Under the pieces are notes generated by a model, which saw only the letters and a program-made list of their open reading frames with translations, had not been told where the DNA came from and did no database searches. The translations under genes and the position numbers were made by a program. 64,000 nucleotides of DNA, taken from a virus. Below, one piece after another: positions 35,201 through 44,589 of the stretch. Each line of letters starts with the position of its first letter. Within the stretch, counting starts at the first letter, position 1. The stretch spans positions 22,131 to 86,130 of IMG/VR virus record IMGVR_UViG_3300024581_002302, one strand, 5' to 3'.

Positions 35201-38182
35201 TCACAGGCAGAAGCGAACCGAGCCCTCGCAGAGAACGGGAAGTTGATCCGCGCCCAGCAGGAAGCGATGGATCAGCGCATCGGTGCCCTCGACCAGCAGA
35301 TCAAGAAGCTGAAAGAAGACGAGGCCGCCAACAAGGACACCATCCAGACCCTCGAGCGACTGAAGGGCGAGTACATCGCACAGAAGGCTGTCATCGATGC
35401 GAACGCTGCTGCTCTGAAGGAGGAGCGCATCGCGTACGACGAACAGAACCAAACGATCTCGGACTACATCGGCCGCCTGAATGACGCCAAGGAAGCCCGG
35501 GGTCAGATCGAAGCACAGAACGTCGCGAACTCATACCAGAACGAACTGGACGCCCTGAAGGCTGTCACCGATGGATTGATCACAAAGGAGGAAGCCCAGG
35601 CACGGGTCGCCACCGTCACGAAGGAGAGCATCGACAAGCAGATCGAAGCCGAGCAGGACTTGATGGAGGCGAACGAGGCCGCCTACTCCCGGATGCTGAT
35701 CACCCAGGAGGAGTACGACAAGGTGAAGGCCCAGAGCACCGAGAAGATCAAGGAGCTGCTGCGCGAGCAGGCTGTCGCCGAGAACGAGCTGAGCGAAGCA
35801 ACCACCGCTGCGATCAACCGTCGACTCTCCGACATGGAGAAGGAGATCACCCAGATCGAAGCGAACGCCGGCAGAGCCTCGTCTGCTCTCCAGGGGATCT
35901 TCACCATTCAGGGTTCAGCCATCGGTGCGTTCAAGAACCTCGCCCAGCAGGTCACCACCCTCGAGATCACCCGGGCCGACAACGTGCAGCAGAAGCGCCT
36001 CGAAAACATCGACAAGGAGGAGAAGGCACGCCTGAAGATGATCGAGAAGTCATCCCTCTCAGACGAGCAGAAGGACCGAGCCAAGGAACGAGCCCAGCAG
36101 GACTTCCAGAAGCAGCGGGACTCGGCCGAGCGTGAGTTCGAGGCGAAGCGGAAGGCCGCACTGTCTGAACAGATCGCCCTCGAGGCGCAGATGAACGCGG
36201 CGAACTACGTCGCCAAGAACGCGGAGCTGCAGCTCTGGTACACCCAGCAACAGATCCAGCTGCAGATCCAGGCCACCCAGGCCGAGATCAACAAGCAGAG
36301 AGCCATCGCCGAGGGTGACGACAAGGCTGTCGCCGCATACAACAAGCAGCTCGAGCTGATCAACCTCCAGCAGCAACAGCTGCCCAAGGTGCTGCAGATG
36401 AAGCAAGAGATCCTGCGAGCAGAAGAGGATGCAGAAGGCGCTGCTCTGGCGAACAAGGCCGCGGCGGAAGGACTGAGCGAATCTCTGGCCCGCTACGCCG
36501 TCCCGACGCTGGACGAGGTGAAGAGCCGCTTCGCGTCCATCTCAGCAATCGGCGACGACCTGGCCGGTGCGTGGGATGGATTCCAGACATCGGCCGAGGA
36601 GATCCCGAGCGATGTCGAGGGTGTCGTCCAGAAGGTGAAGACCAACATCGACAGCATCAACGACGCCAGCTTCGATCGCTTGCGCCAGGCCTTCATCGAC
36701 CGCGGTTTGAATCCGGGAGTGGCCGAAGAAATGGCCCGCGGTGTTGTGGCCACCTACGAGGCAGCAGGCGCCGAAGCAGGGGACAAGGCAGCGAAGAACA
36801 TCTACGACCGGTTCGGTGAATCGGTTCCGAAGCAGCTGATCAAGGACCAACTGCTCGAGGCATTCCAGCAGGGCTCGCAGCTCTCGGCTGAGGCGGCGAA
36901 GAAGAAGTTCAACGAACTGCCTGACCTGGTGCCGAAGGAGCAAGTCGCCAAGGCAATCGGCGCAGGCTTCGGAGAAGGTGCGCAGAAGGGGATCGATGTC
37001 CTGAAGAACACACCACTGCCCGATGGAATGCTGGCCGCAATCCAGGCCGAAGAGGAATGGGAGCAAGTCGCCGAGGCCTACGTCGACTACCTGGGCGAGC
37101 CGAGCCTGCTCGACAAGGCAGGACAGGCGATCGCTGACTGGTGGAACGGAGCCGAGAAGAGTGGCGACATCCAGAAGGCGGGCGAGAGCGGCGCCAAGGA
37201 GTACGCCAGCGGAATCGAGGACAACACCGACGTGAAGGAAAGCGTCGGAACTCAGTTCGAGGAAGGCACGAAGGAGGGCGTCAGCGCAGCCCGGACCATC
37301 GTCAAGCAAGAAGCCCCGGAGATCGGGAAGGACTTCGCCGACGGCGTCTCTGGAGCCCTCAGGGACAACGCCGAAGCGATGGCCGCTGCCATCACCACCG
37401 AGGTCGAGAAGGCGAAGGGCGCGTTCCAGGAACTTGCCAACGCAGTCGACACCTCGAAGCTCGAGACAGCCATGAACAAGGCCGTCGTCGAGCCCGTCAA
37501 CAAAGCGAAGCAAGCTCTCGAGGGTCTCTCTGGTGGCGAGCAAGCGTCCCAGAGCTTCAGGGACATGGCCAGCGCAGCGCAGACCATCGCGCAGCAGAAC
37601 CTGAACCAGATCTACAGCTCCGTGTCTCGTGACTCCCGCAGTGCATCCACTGCCAGCCGGTCTCTGGCGTCTGCAATGCGCAGCGCTTCGTCTTCTGCTC
37701 GTTCGTACGCCTCCTCGATGGAGAGGGCAGCCAGAGCTGCAGCAGCTGCCGCCCGGTCGAAGTGGACAGGTGGCCCGGTCCAGAGCGGCCAGACCTACAC
37801 GGTCAACGAGCTGGGCAAAGAGATGTTCATGTCCAGCAGCGGCAAGCTCTCCGAGATCAATGCTCCGGCGTTCGGCTCCTGGCGCGCACCATCCAGCGGA
37901 ACCGTCATCCCTGCAGGCATGGCCCAACAGATCCGCAACCAGCGCGACGCGATCGCTGCCTCGACCTCTGCGGCTTCGATGGCTGGCGGTGGTTCTGCGA
38001 TGGCTGCGATGTCCGAGGGCCCGAGCCTGAGCGGTGCAATCGCCCGCGGTTTCAAGGGAATCGGCCCGATGGGCAACAACCAGGTCGTGAACAACGTCAA
38101 CGTCTCCAGCGATCGCCCGGTCAACGATGCCTCCCGCATCCTCACCGATCTCGCCCGGATCCGTGCCCAGCGCAGGCGCTGA
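32288..38182 (+). CDS. Tape measure protein
   Basis: 1964 aa, helical and Ala/Gly-rich; TP901-like core (AQSLARAGFS, AANNSN..V.DLGEALKYVGP). Confidence 0.95.
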   Translation: MAGLGEVKIDVGLNTAPAEAQLTSFFGKIGNQQVKDPLKGLDKSFGKTAEQAKKLGFEWDSTTKKFKSDQGFTQTVDQMNKTLKNLGGTTKKSAQDFDNLAKRVKGSADQWKFLTGGAQQLQQQLSGVSSSAQKTSKDLQGLGKGDSLKTVSGSSKTAATNIKLLGTSVQTTNNQLKGLGGGAKQGLDGIGASAKTAGTSINGLSKGAQTLGSAFVSLGKQKPLVPIATSLKTLSTQVPGVAQKFTTLGQSVAKAGQGTQFRTLGQQLNSLVAPAQNAAKGVDGLEKEFKEAGQQGQTFSGQIQQGFQQILQGIPTGIGIAIGQQLLAPLQQVTQIIPAAVAEFRALEESISLTVAIINGSAAEFSALSESILKVSSNSAATAQEVGGVAQSLARAGFSLQEIDAALAGVVNGAEATGTSYEAMGQIVVNALGAYGLAAEEAGTVSDSLTVAANNSNQSVTDLGEALKYVGPIAAATGQDLNDTALALQLLADSGIRGSQAGTSFRTILTNLQIAASGAGEEFMGLSRGSARLEKALKLIGANMTDANGELLTGADLIKELQRSMEGLSNGEKALVSKALAGSEGLPALNTLISASGEKVDELADKLENSAGAAADATAKALSGLSGSFKLLQSNISAFLVQIGGVIATVLKPLVDLVTAVISGFNNLPGPIKNVITVLALLAAGIAAVNVAMVALQAATTSAFGQKVTAAVAQFATTITQANISGAISGWIGSIGTLASTLNKNMIKGLGLATEAILKFRKQLVDVASKGFSTFMSAIQGISFKDFTSGVKQAAIAIKTKMVAAMATGKGAAAGLAAAFGPLVASIGAFLVAAAPFIAIAGAIAGAIILIKRNVDSYNAVAKPLKKSTETLTKSMKDTAEGAKDAGEGFKSWGDRIFGILGPFDKFFSMLIPGYKLVKDFLNILGNVENWARNQSAILAANNAQAEFQRELDKSNAKIEANRQALASGTLSQAEANRALAENGKLIRAQQEAMDQRIGALDQQIKKLKEDEAANKDTIQTLERLKGEYIAQKAVIDANAAALKEERIAYDEQNQTISDYIGRLNDAKEARGQIEAQNVANSYQNELDALKAVTDGLITKEEAQARVATVTKESIDKQIEAEQDLMEANEAAYSRMLITQEEYDKVKAQSTEKIKELLREQAVAENELSEATTAAINRRLSDMEKEITQIEANAGRASSALQGIFTIQGSAIGAFKNLAQQVTTLEITRADNVQQKRLENIDKEEKARLKMIEKSSLSDEQKDRAKERAQQDFQKQRDSAEREFEAKRKAALSEQIALEAQMNAANYVAKNAELQLWYTQQQIQLQIQATQAEINKQRAIAEGDDKAVAAYNKQLELINLQQQQLPKVLQMKQEILRAEEDAEGAALANKAAAEGLSESLARYAVPTLDEVKSRFASISAIGDDLAGAWDGFQTSAEEIPSDVEGVVQKVKTNIDSINDASFDRLRQAFIDRGLNPGVAEEMARGVVATYEAAGAEAGDKAAKNIYDRFGESVPKQLIKDQLLEAFQQGSQLSAEAAKKKFNELPDLVPKEQVAKAIGAGFGEGAQKGIDVLKNTPLPDGMLAAIQAEEEWEQVAEAYVDYLGEPSLLDKAGQAIADWWNGAEKSGDIQKAGESGAKEYASGIEDNTDVKESVGTQFEEGTKEGVSAARTIVKQEAPEIGKDFADGVSGALRDNAEAMAAAITTEVEKAKGAFQELANAVDTSKLETAMNKAVVEPVNKAKQALEGLSGGEQASQSFRDMASAAQTIAQQNLNQIYSSVSRDSRSASTASRSLASAMRSASSSARSYASSMERAARAAAAAARSKWTGGPVQSGQTYTVNELGKEMFMSSSGKLSEINAPAFGSWRAPSSGTVIPAGMAQQIRNQRDAIAASTSAASMAGGGSAMAAMSEGPSLSGAIARGFKGIGPMGNNQVVNNVNVSSDRPVNDASRILTDLARIRAQRRR

Positions 38183-38216
38183 TCCGGAACCCTGACTCGA
38201 CGCTATCGAGAAGGGT

Positions 38217-38636
38217 GTGGCCAGTTGCACGACAAATTCGGCGATCCGGATCACCTTCACGGATGGCTCGGACTACTTCGAGGCGACGTTCGACCAGTTC
38301 ACGAGCCCCCCTCGCTCCTATATCGAAGCCGGGTCCCTGACCTTCTCCACCGCTGGTTCAAGCATTCAGTCGGGGAACAGTAGGGCGGCTCGTCAGACGT
38401 GGGCGATCGCCACGTATGGAACGCGCGAGGAAGCGTTCACGATCAACGAGATGTACAGGGCCTGGGATACAGCAAGAGCAGACGGCAAGGTCGCGATCCT
38501 CGGAGTGGTCGATCAGACCTTCGTCAGAGATCCAGCCAGTCCGGTCACAGCGAACGCCGTCTTCACAGCGGCCCCGAACTTTGAGCAACGCGCCGGGAAC
38601 CTGTGGGTGATCTCCTTCGGAATGACGGAGGTCTGA
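38217..38636 (+). CDS. Putative distal tail (Dit-like) protein
   Basis: Directly after the tape measure gene; size. Confidence 0.55.
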   Translation: MASCTTNSAIRITFTDGSDYFEATFDQFTSPPRSYIEAGSLTFSTAGSSIQSGNSRAARQTWAIATYGTREEAFTINEMYRAWDTARADGKVAILGVVDQTFVRDPASPVTANAVFTAAPNFEQRAGNLWVISFGMTEV

Positions 38637-38637
38637 C

Positions 38638-40686
38638 ATGTCCTGGCTGAACAACACCCAGGCGAATCTGATCGTCACCGCCATCGACAAGGACGGCAAC
38701 GAGACGGACTACACGAACGAGTTCGTCGACGGACAGATCACCGATGGCTCAGCAATCAACACCGGCGCCGTCCTGACTGGCGGCACGCTGCAGTTCGGCG
38801 AGCTGCCCGGCCAGCAGCGGATCGAGGACTACGAGAAGACGAAGTTCGGTCGCGGGACGATCATCTTGATCGACGTCGAGATCGCCGGCGAGGTGAAGCG
38901 TCACCCGCGCGGGTACCTGTACGTGATCGACTCCACGTACAACATGGAGAACCGTTCCCTCCAGCTCGAGGTCGGCTGCATCCTGACGATGCACAACATC
39001 ACCGACGACATCGGTGACCTCGGCGTGTGGACGATCTTCCCCCTGCCTGGCGACGAGGAAGACGATCCAGAGACTGCGACCTTCAGCGACCTGCTGCAGG
39101 CCATCGCATCCGAGGGGAAGTTCATCTGGCAGACGAACGACGGCACGATCGAGAAGCACGGCTTCTTCGAGGGCGACGGCCTGGGATCCAACAAGGCCGA
39201 GGCGAAGTGGGTCAGCGTTCGCGACTACACCGCCCTGGCTGCTCAGCCCCTCTCGAACGGTTCCCCCGTACCCGACACGATCAAGGTCTCCTATAGCTGG
39301 GAGGTCAAGAGCGGCGACGGTGACGGCGAGACGGATCCGATCACAGGCAAGCCCCAGGAGACCGACTACACGGAATCGTCCTACTTCCTCGAGCACCCGG
39401 CCAACATCAAGAAGCTGCAGAAGATCTGCACCACTGACCCCCAGGGCAACAGGACCTGCAAGGAGGTGGCACTGAACGCCGCGAAGAAGCAGTTCAGCGT
39501 CAACAAGCTGCAGGAATCGCTTCGGATCTATGCGGGCCCAGGCGGCTCTGTGAGTACCGAGAAGAACCTCACGAAGGGGCCAGCAGTCGAGATGGCTGGC
39601 GGCTATTACAGCGAGCTGTACGCGTACGAGCTGGCCCGTGCAGATGGCGATGGCTCGAAGGTCACCCTCAAGGGATTGAACGAGATCCTGCAGACAAGCT
39701 CCGAGCGCACGTACGAGTACGGCACCGGCGGCGAAGTCCTGAAGATGGTCGAGCGCCAGTACAAGAACATCATCGGGGTGATGAGCCCGAACGACTGGAG
39801 AGCCGGCAGCAAGGAGGGAACAGTCTTCGAGCCAGAGGCACCACCGACAGATGCGACCCGTGGATTCCTGACGACTCCACCGATGGATCAGATGTACCTG
39901 GACGTGCAGACGACCACGACGTACGAGTACTTCGACGACCGCACGATCGAGTACACCGAGACCCTCACCTGCTCGGCTGCTTGTAACGGTGTCGGGATCT
40001 ATCCGCCAACAGGCGAGCGAATCCTGCAAAACATCAACGCCGATCAGAACGGTGTGAAGACCACCGTCAAGCGGACCTCGATGGGTGGCCTGCTGAACCC
40101 TGACCAGCCAGGGCGGAACCCAGGCGGTGCTGTCGTCTCGACGAAGTCGAACGTGTACATCGACGAGTCCGCCAAGTACCTCCCCACCTCCGCCGGATCG
40201 ATCACCCTCACGACGACCGTCCCGTACGTCGTGCCCGCGATGAGTGAGCAGGACAGCCGCACACTGGCCGCCGACTACGCCAAGATCCTCCGCGCTCAGC
40301 TGGAGGGAGACGCCTCTGGTGTTCGGATCGCTGAGTCGATGCGCCCGGAGATCTTCGACTACGTGCCCGGGATGCCCTTCACGTATTACGACCGCACCTA
40401 TGAGACCGTCCTGAAGCTGCGGATGAACAGCACCGGCTGGGCCATGGCGCCAGGTCAGTCTGTGTTCTCGACCGAGGGGTGCTTCATCGGTCGCTCGAAC
40501 GGCAAGGTGAACATCCCCGAGAACGCGGACGCCGTACAGCTGGGCGAGATCTTCAAGGAGGTCGACGAGCAGCAGAAGGTGGTGAACGATCTCACCGTCG
40601 AACTGGATGCGATCTCCCAGGACTGCAACGCGAAGCAGGACCTGATGGATGCCATCAATGCGGAGCTGGCTGGGCGGAACCCTTAA
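38638..40686 (+). CDS. Putative baseplate hub/tail tip protein
   Basis: Synteny TMP-Dit-hub; 682 aa, beta-rich. Confidence 0.55.
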   Translation: MSWLNNTQANLIVTAIDKDGNETDYTNEFVDGQITDGSAINTGAVLTGGTLQFGELPGQQRIEDYEKTKFGRGTIILIDVEIAGEVKRHPRGYLYVIDSTYNMENRSLQLEVGCILTMHNITDDIGDLGVWTIFPLPGDEEDDPETATFSDLLQAIASEGKFIWQTNDGTIEKHGFFEGDGLGSNKAEAKWVSVRDYTALAAQPLSNGSPVPDTIKVSYSWEVKSGDGDGETDPITGKPQETDYTESSYFLEHPANIKKLQKICTTDPQGNRTCKEVALNAAKKQFSVNKLQESLRIYAGPGGSVSTEKNLTKGPAVEMAGGYYSELYAYELARADGDGSKVTLKGLNEILQTSSERTYEYGTGGEVLKMVERQYKNIIGVMSPNDWRAGSKEGTVFEPEAPPTDATRGFLTTPPMDQMYLDVQTTTTYEYFDDRTIEYTETLTCSAACNGVGIYPPTGERILQNINADQNGVKTTVKRTSMGGLLNPDQPGRNPGGAVVSTKSNVYIDESAKYLPTSAGSITLTTTVPYVVPAMSEQDSRTLAADYAKILRAQLEGDASGVRIAESMRPEIFDYVPGMPFTYYDRTYETVLKLRMNSTGWAMAPGQSVFSTEGCFIGRSNGKVNIPENADAVQLGEIFKEVDEQQKVVNDLTVELDAISQDCNAKQDLMDAINAELAGRNP

Positions 40687-40705
40687 AGCGATCTGATCCC
40701 ACGAG

Positions 40706-43222
40706 ATGGCAGCACCCGACGCGAATCAGATCTATGCAGTGACAGTCGGAGCGGATACTCCCGACCGGATCTACGTGGTCGAGACACGCGTCGCAGGCAT
40801 CAACCTGAACGACCTCACCGACGAAGAACTCAACGAACTCAAGGGTGACGTCCAGGATCTGATCAACACCTGCACGATTGAAGTCACCGACAAGACGGAC
40901 GAACTCGCAGACGAACAGCAAGACCTCGACGACAAGAAGGACGCATACGACAACGCAGCGACAGCAGGCGAGAAGCCCCCGAAAGTAGAAGACGAGACCC
41001 TGGTCGATGCAGGTGGAGATGGCCCAGACGTGGTCGAGTTCATCAGCGTCGAGATCAGCCTGAACTTCGTGGGCCGTACTGGTAACGGTGACGACGGCAT
41101 CGGCGTGATCCAGGACTGGTCGGTCCCGATCGAGACACGCTTCAACCAGAACACGCTGGTGTACGTGTCAGGCGAGAAGGTCGCCGGCGCTGCACCGCTG
41201 CTCGAGACCGACTTCATCGGATCGATCCCGTCCTTCGGTGACAGCCTGCTGGTGAACGACCAGGGCGTGATCATCCCGGACCTGTTCGACCCATCACTCG
41301 GACGCAACCCCGACCAGACCTTCTACGTGGGCGTGGCTGCACCAGAGGCTGGGACGCTCTGGCGCGTGGTGGTTGGCCCTGAAGTACCGACCCAGATCTT
41401 CGAGGTGACCAGCAGCGCACGTCCTGCGGATCAGACCTTCGAGGTGACTGCGATCAAGACGTACGACGTCCAGGCCGCGAACCTGCCCTTCGTTGTGGAG
41501 GTTGGCCCCGAGCCACCGTTCCAGATCTTCAATGTCCGGACGATGGCCGTCCCTGCGGACAAGACCTTCGTCGTCACCCGTGGACCGAGCAACCCCAGCC
41601 AGACCTTCGAGGTCCTGGCCGGAACGACCTTCCAGGTCAGCACCTCCTGGGGCATCCCCAGCAAGATCTTCTATGTGGGCACCGGCCCAGCACCTGCACC
41701 GATCCCCGACGTCATCTATGGCGTCTCCGTGGGCGGCAACGATGCGCCACCGATTCCCATCCCCGACTTCATCTTCGAGGTCGAGACGTCCTTCGCCGTC
41801 CCGAACCGGATCTTCTCCGTCCAAGCGATCGACACCTTCGCCGTCGATGTGGCCACACCCTTCGTGGTGGAAGTGGGCCCAGAAGTACCCGACCAGATCT
41901 TCAACGTCACCAGCTCCGCGCTGCCATACGACACACAGTTCTCCGTGGCTGTCGGCCCAGAGGTCCCCGATCAGGTCTTCGAGACGCTCATCATCAACGA
42001 ACTCGAGGTCGACGCATACGATCCGCCGAAGCAGTACACCATCCAGGAAGCGCAGCCGAGCCCTGGCACCTACACGTACATCGTCACCGGTGAAGGCCTG
42101 ACCTTCGCAGTTCAGCCCACCATCAACGGCACCGTCGGCCAGCAGTTCCGCTTCAGCCTGGACGTCCCAGCGAACACGATCTGGATCAAGAAGGACCAGG
42201 AAGACGGTCCCGGCGAGCTGGACCCCTACTGGGCAACCCTCAGCGGCCAAGGCACACGGCAAGGCCAGCTGCTGTTCCGCCCCTGGGAGGCTGGCCGCTA
42301 TTACTACCAGTCCGAGTTCAACGCGGACACCTACGGGATCATCGACATCGCCGGCACCTCTGCACCGGCACCCGATCAGATCTTCGAGGTCAGCGTGGGC
42401 GCTTCCAGCAACTACGACGAGATCTTCGAGGTCGTGGTCGGTCCTGAGTTCCCCGACGAGACCTTCGCCGTCACCGTTGAAGGTGGCGCACCTCCGGCTT
42501 CGCAGATCTTCGAGATCGAAGTCGGCCCTGAATCATTCACTCAGGTGTTCGAGGCTCGCGTGGCTGAGTTCCCGATGTCCTACGCCGTGATCAACTCCGG
42601 CGCCAGCTCCTATCGCTTCACCGGCGAGGGCCTGTCGGGCATCAACAACCCAGACCTGACGATCCAGGTCGGTCAGATGCTCGAGTTCAACTTGAACGCT
42701 GCAGGTCATCCCTTGTACATCAGCAACGCCGCAGAAACCGGCACCGCTCCCGACCTGTTCACCTTCACCGATCTCCTGGTCGGCCAGGGCCGGCAGGTGG
42801 GCATCGTTCGGGCGATCTTCAATACCCCGGGCACCTATTACTACAACTGCGAATTCCACGACGCGATGCGTGGGCAGATCACCGTCGTCGGTGATGCAGA
42901 CGCCCCGACCGGCTACTCCGTCGTCGCCTCTGGTGGCGAGTACGTGGTCAGCGGCAACGGCCTGGTGAACGAGACCGACGCCACGATCAACGCCACGGTC
43001 GGCGAGACCATCGACTTCAACCTGGCAGCATCCGGCCATCCCTTCTGGATCTCGAAGGACGCATCGATCGGCATCCCCTCGGGCGACACGCTCTGGGCGA
43101 ATGAGCTGATCAACAACGGCGCAGAGAGCGGTCTGGTGCGCGTCCGCTTCAACACGCCGGGCGAGTACTTCTTCAACTGCCAGTACCACGACTCGATGAG
43201 GGGTCGGATCATCGTCAGCTGA
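40706..43222 (+). CDS. Tail-associated protein with PDQxFxV repeats and three C-terminal cupredoxin-like domains
   Basis: GHP..NCEFHDAM and GHP..NCQYHDSM. Confidence 0.8.
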   Translation: MAAPDANQIYAVTVGADTPDRIYVVETRVAGINLNDLTDEELNELKGDVQDLINTCTIEVTDKTDELADEQQDLDDKKDAYDNAATAGEKPPKVEDETLVDAGGDGPDVVEFISVEISLNFVGRTGNGDDGIGVIQDWSVPIETRFNQNTLVYVSGEKVAGAAPLLETDFIGSIPSFGDSLLVNDQGVIIPDLFDPSLGRNPDQTFYVGVAAPEAGTLWRVVVGPEVPTQIFEVTSSARPADQTFEVTAIKTYDVQAANLPFVVEVGPEPPFQIFNVRTMAVPADKTFVVTRGPSNPSQTFEVLAGTTFQVSTSWGIPSKIFYVGTGPAPAPIPDVIYGVSVGGNDAPPIPIPDFIFEVETSFAVPNRIFSVQAIDTFAVDVATPFVVEVGPEVPDQIFNVTSSALPYDTQFSVAVGPEVPDQVFETLIINELEVDAYDPPKQYTIQEAQPSPGTYTYIVTGEGLTFAVQPTINGTVGQQFRFSLDVPANTIWIKKDQEDGPGELDPYWATLSGQGTRQGQLLFRPWEAGRYYYQSEFNADTYGIIDIAGTSAPAPDQIFEVSVGASSNYDEIFEVVVGPEFPDETFAVTVEGGAPPASQIFEIEVGPESFTQVFEARVAEFPMSYAVINSGASSYRFTGEGLSGINNPDLTIQVGQMLEFNLNAAGHPLYISNAAETGTAPDLFTFTDLLVGQGRQVGIVRAIFNTPGTYYYNCEFHDAMRGQITVVGDADAPTGYSVVASGGEYVVSGNGLVNETDATINATVGETIDFNLAASGHPFWISKDASIGIPSGDTLWANELINNGAESGLVRVRFNTPGEYFFNCQYHDSMRGRIIVS

Positions 43223-43265
43223 TCGATCGGAACCCTACCGGCGACACGACGATCCCCTGCCTCTC

Positions 43266-43604
43266 ATGGCTGTTTTTTACATCGACTCGGTCGCCCAGGA
43301 CACCCTGACGATGGTCAAGGGACAGATCTATCGGTTCGACCAGAACAACGGCTCCAACGCCGCTGCGCCCCTCTCCCTCTCTGAGACTGACGACGGCGAG
43401 AACAACGCCGGCAGCCCCTACACCGTGGGCGTCAGCTACTGGTTGAACAACCTGGAAGTGAACCGGGCCACCTACCTGTCCGGCTTCTCTGCAGCCACCA
43501 GCCGCTTCATCCAGATTCAGGTGGATGCTGGAGCCCCTGCGACTCTCTATTACTACGCCGTCGGCACGGCGGGAATGGGTGGCGCGATCACAGTCACCGC
43601 GTAA
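43266..43604 (+). CDS. Single cupredoxin-like domain lacking Cu ligands
   Basis: G.IYRFDQ..SN.AAPL...APATLYYYAVGTAGMGG. Confidence 0.65.
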   Translation: MAVFYIDSVAQDTLTMVKGQIYRFDQNNGSNAAAPLSLSETDDGENNAGSPYTVGVSYWLNNLEVNRATYLSGFSAATSRFIQIQVDAGAPATLYYYAVGTAGMGGAITVTA

Positions 43605-43614
43605 GGAGTAACAG

Positions 43615-44052
43615 ATGCCAGTTCCCTCCCAGGTATCAGCCGTCGAGCTGGCCCGGATCGCGAACAGCAGCTACGTGAACCAGGCGTTCCGCGTAGCTCT
43701 GGTCGATGCTCCCGGCTCAGACTTCGAGGCCGACGACGACATGTCGACCATCCTCGCCAACGAGGTGACAGCGGGACTCGGCGGCTATGCGCGCCAGCAG
43801 ATCGGCTTCTTGACGGCCGACATCGGTTCGTACCAAGACGGGAAGACAGAACTCGCACGTAAGGCGGCCACCTTCACCCATAACGGCAACGTGAACGAGA
43901 CCATCAGGTTCTCTCACGTGGTGGTCATCAACCCATCAGAGACCGGCCTGGTGTCGACGACAAAGCTCGCAGCGCGGGCTTCACTGTCTGACAGTCAGAG
44001 CGCGGTCTTCTACTTCGACTTCACCCTCTACGGCGTGTTCGTGGTGGAGTGA
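43615..44052 (+). CDS. Hypothetical tail protein
   Basis: Context; codon bias. Confidence 0.65.
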   Translation: MPVPSQVSAVELARIANSSYVNQAFRVALVDAPGSDFEADDDMSTILANEVTAGLGGYARQQIGFLTADIGSYQDGKTELARKAATFTHNGNVNETIRFSHVVVINPSETGLVSTTKLAARASLSDSQSAVFYFDFTLYGVFVVE

Positions 44053-44330
44053 TGGCGAGCTTCGAGGGTCCGATCGAGGAGGCGCTGATGCAGTTTCAGT
44101 CGCTTGTACGGACTGAACAGATCGAGAACGCACGAGAGGCACAGAGAGCAAGGGAGAAGCGGGTCGACGTCACTGGCGTCTGGCTCGGCTTCTCAGTGAA
44201 GGGACTCGGCCTTGTGGAGTACGACGGCAAGGTCTACGAGTGCGAGGTCCTGGGCTCCACCTGCAAGCAGAAGTACGCGAAGGTCAACCTGCGCCGTACC
44301 GACACGAAAAACTTCGCGAGCTGGAATTGA
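44052..44330 (+). CDS. Hypothetical tail protein
   Basis: TGATG coupling. Confidence 0.65.
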   Translation: MASFEGPIEEALMQFQSLVRTEQIENAREAQRAREKRVDVTGVWLGFSVKGLGLVEYDGKVYECEVLGSTCKQKYAKVNLRRTDTKNFASWN

Positions 44331-44369
44331 TCCCGGAACACTGGCCCGAGACATCAGTCAGGGCAGCCA

Positions 44370-44588
44370 GTGGCAGTCAATCGGCCAGACATCAAGAACA
44401 CCGTCGGCCATCGGTTCGCTACTGATACCGCTATCGAATTCCAGGGCAAGGATCCGCGCCTCGCTACTCCACCGAACAACGTCCCGACGTTTCCTGGCCA
44501 GCTGATCGCAGTCCGCACGAGCGCTGGTGAGTGCCAGCTGTTTGTCGGTTCTGACGACCTCACCCGCTGGTTGAAGGTGGTGAGCTGA
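44370..44588 (+). CDS. Small hypothetical tail protein
   Basis: GTG 27 nt after GGAACACT. Confidence 0.65.
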   Translation: MAVNRPDIKNTVGHRFATDTAIEFQGKDPRLATPPNNVPTFPGQLIAVRTSAGECQLFVGSDDLTRWLKVVS

Positions 44589-44589
44589 G

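Noticed and set aside
36542-38260. 572-aa minus-strand ORF
   Set aside because: Antisense shadow of the tape measure gene
32288-38500. Several GCGATCGC (HIP1) octamers
   Set aside because: Could arise from the strong ATC codon preference; a codon-aware count is needed, which I could not run
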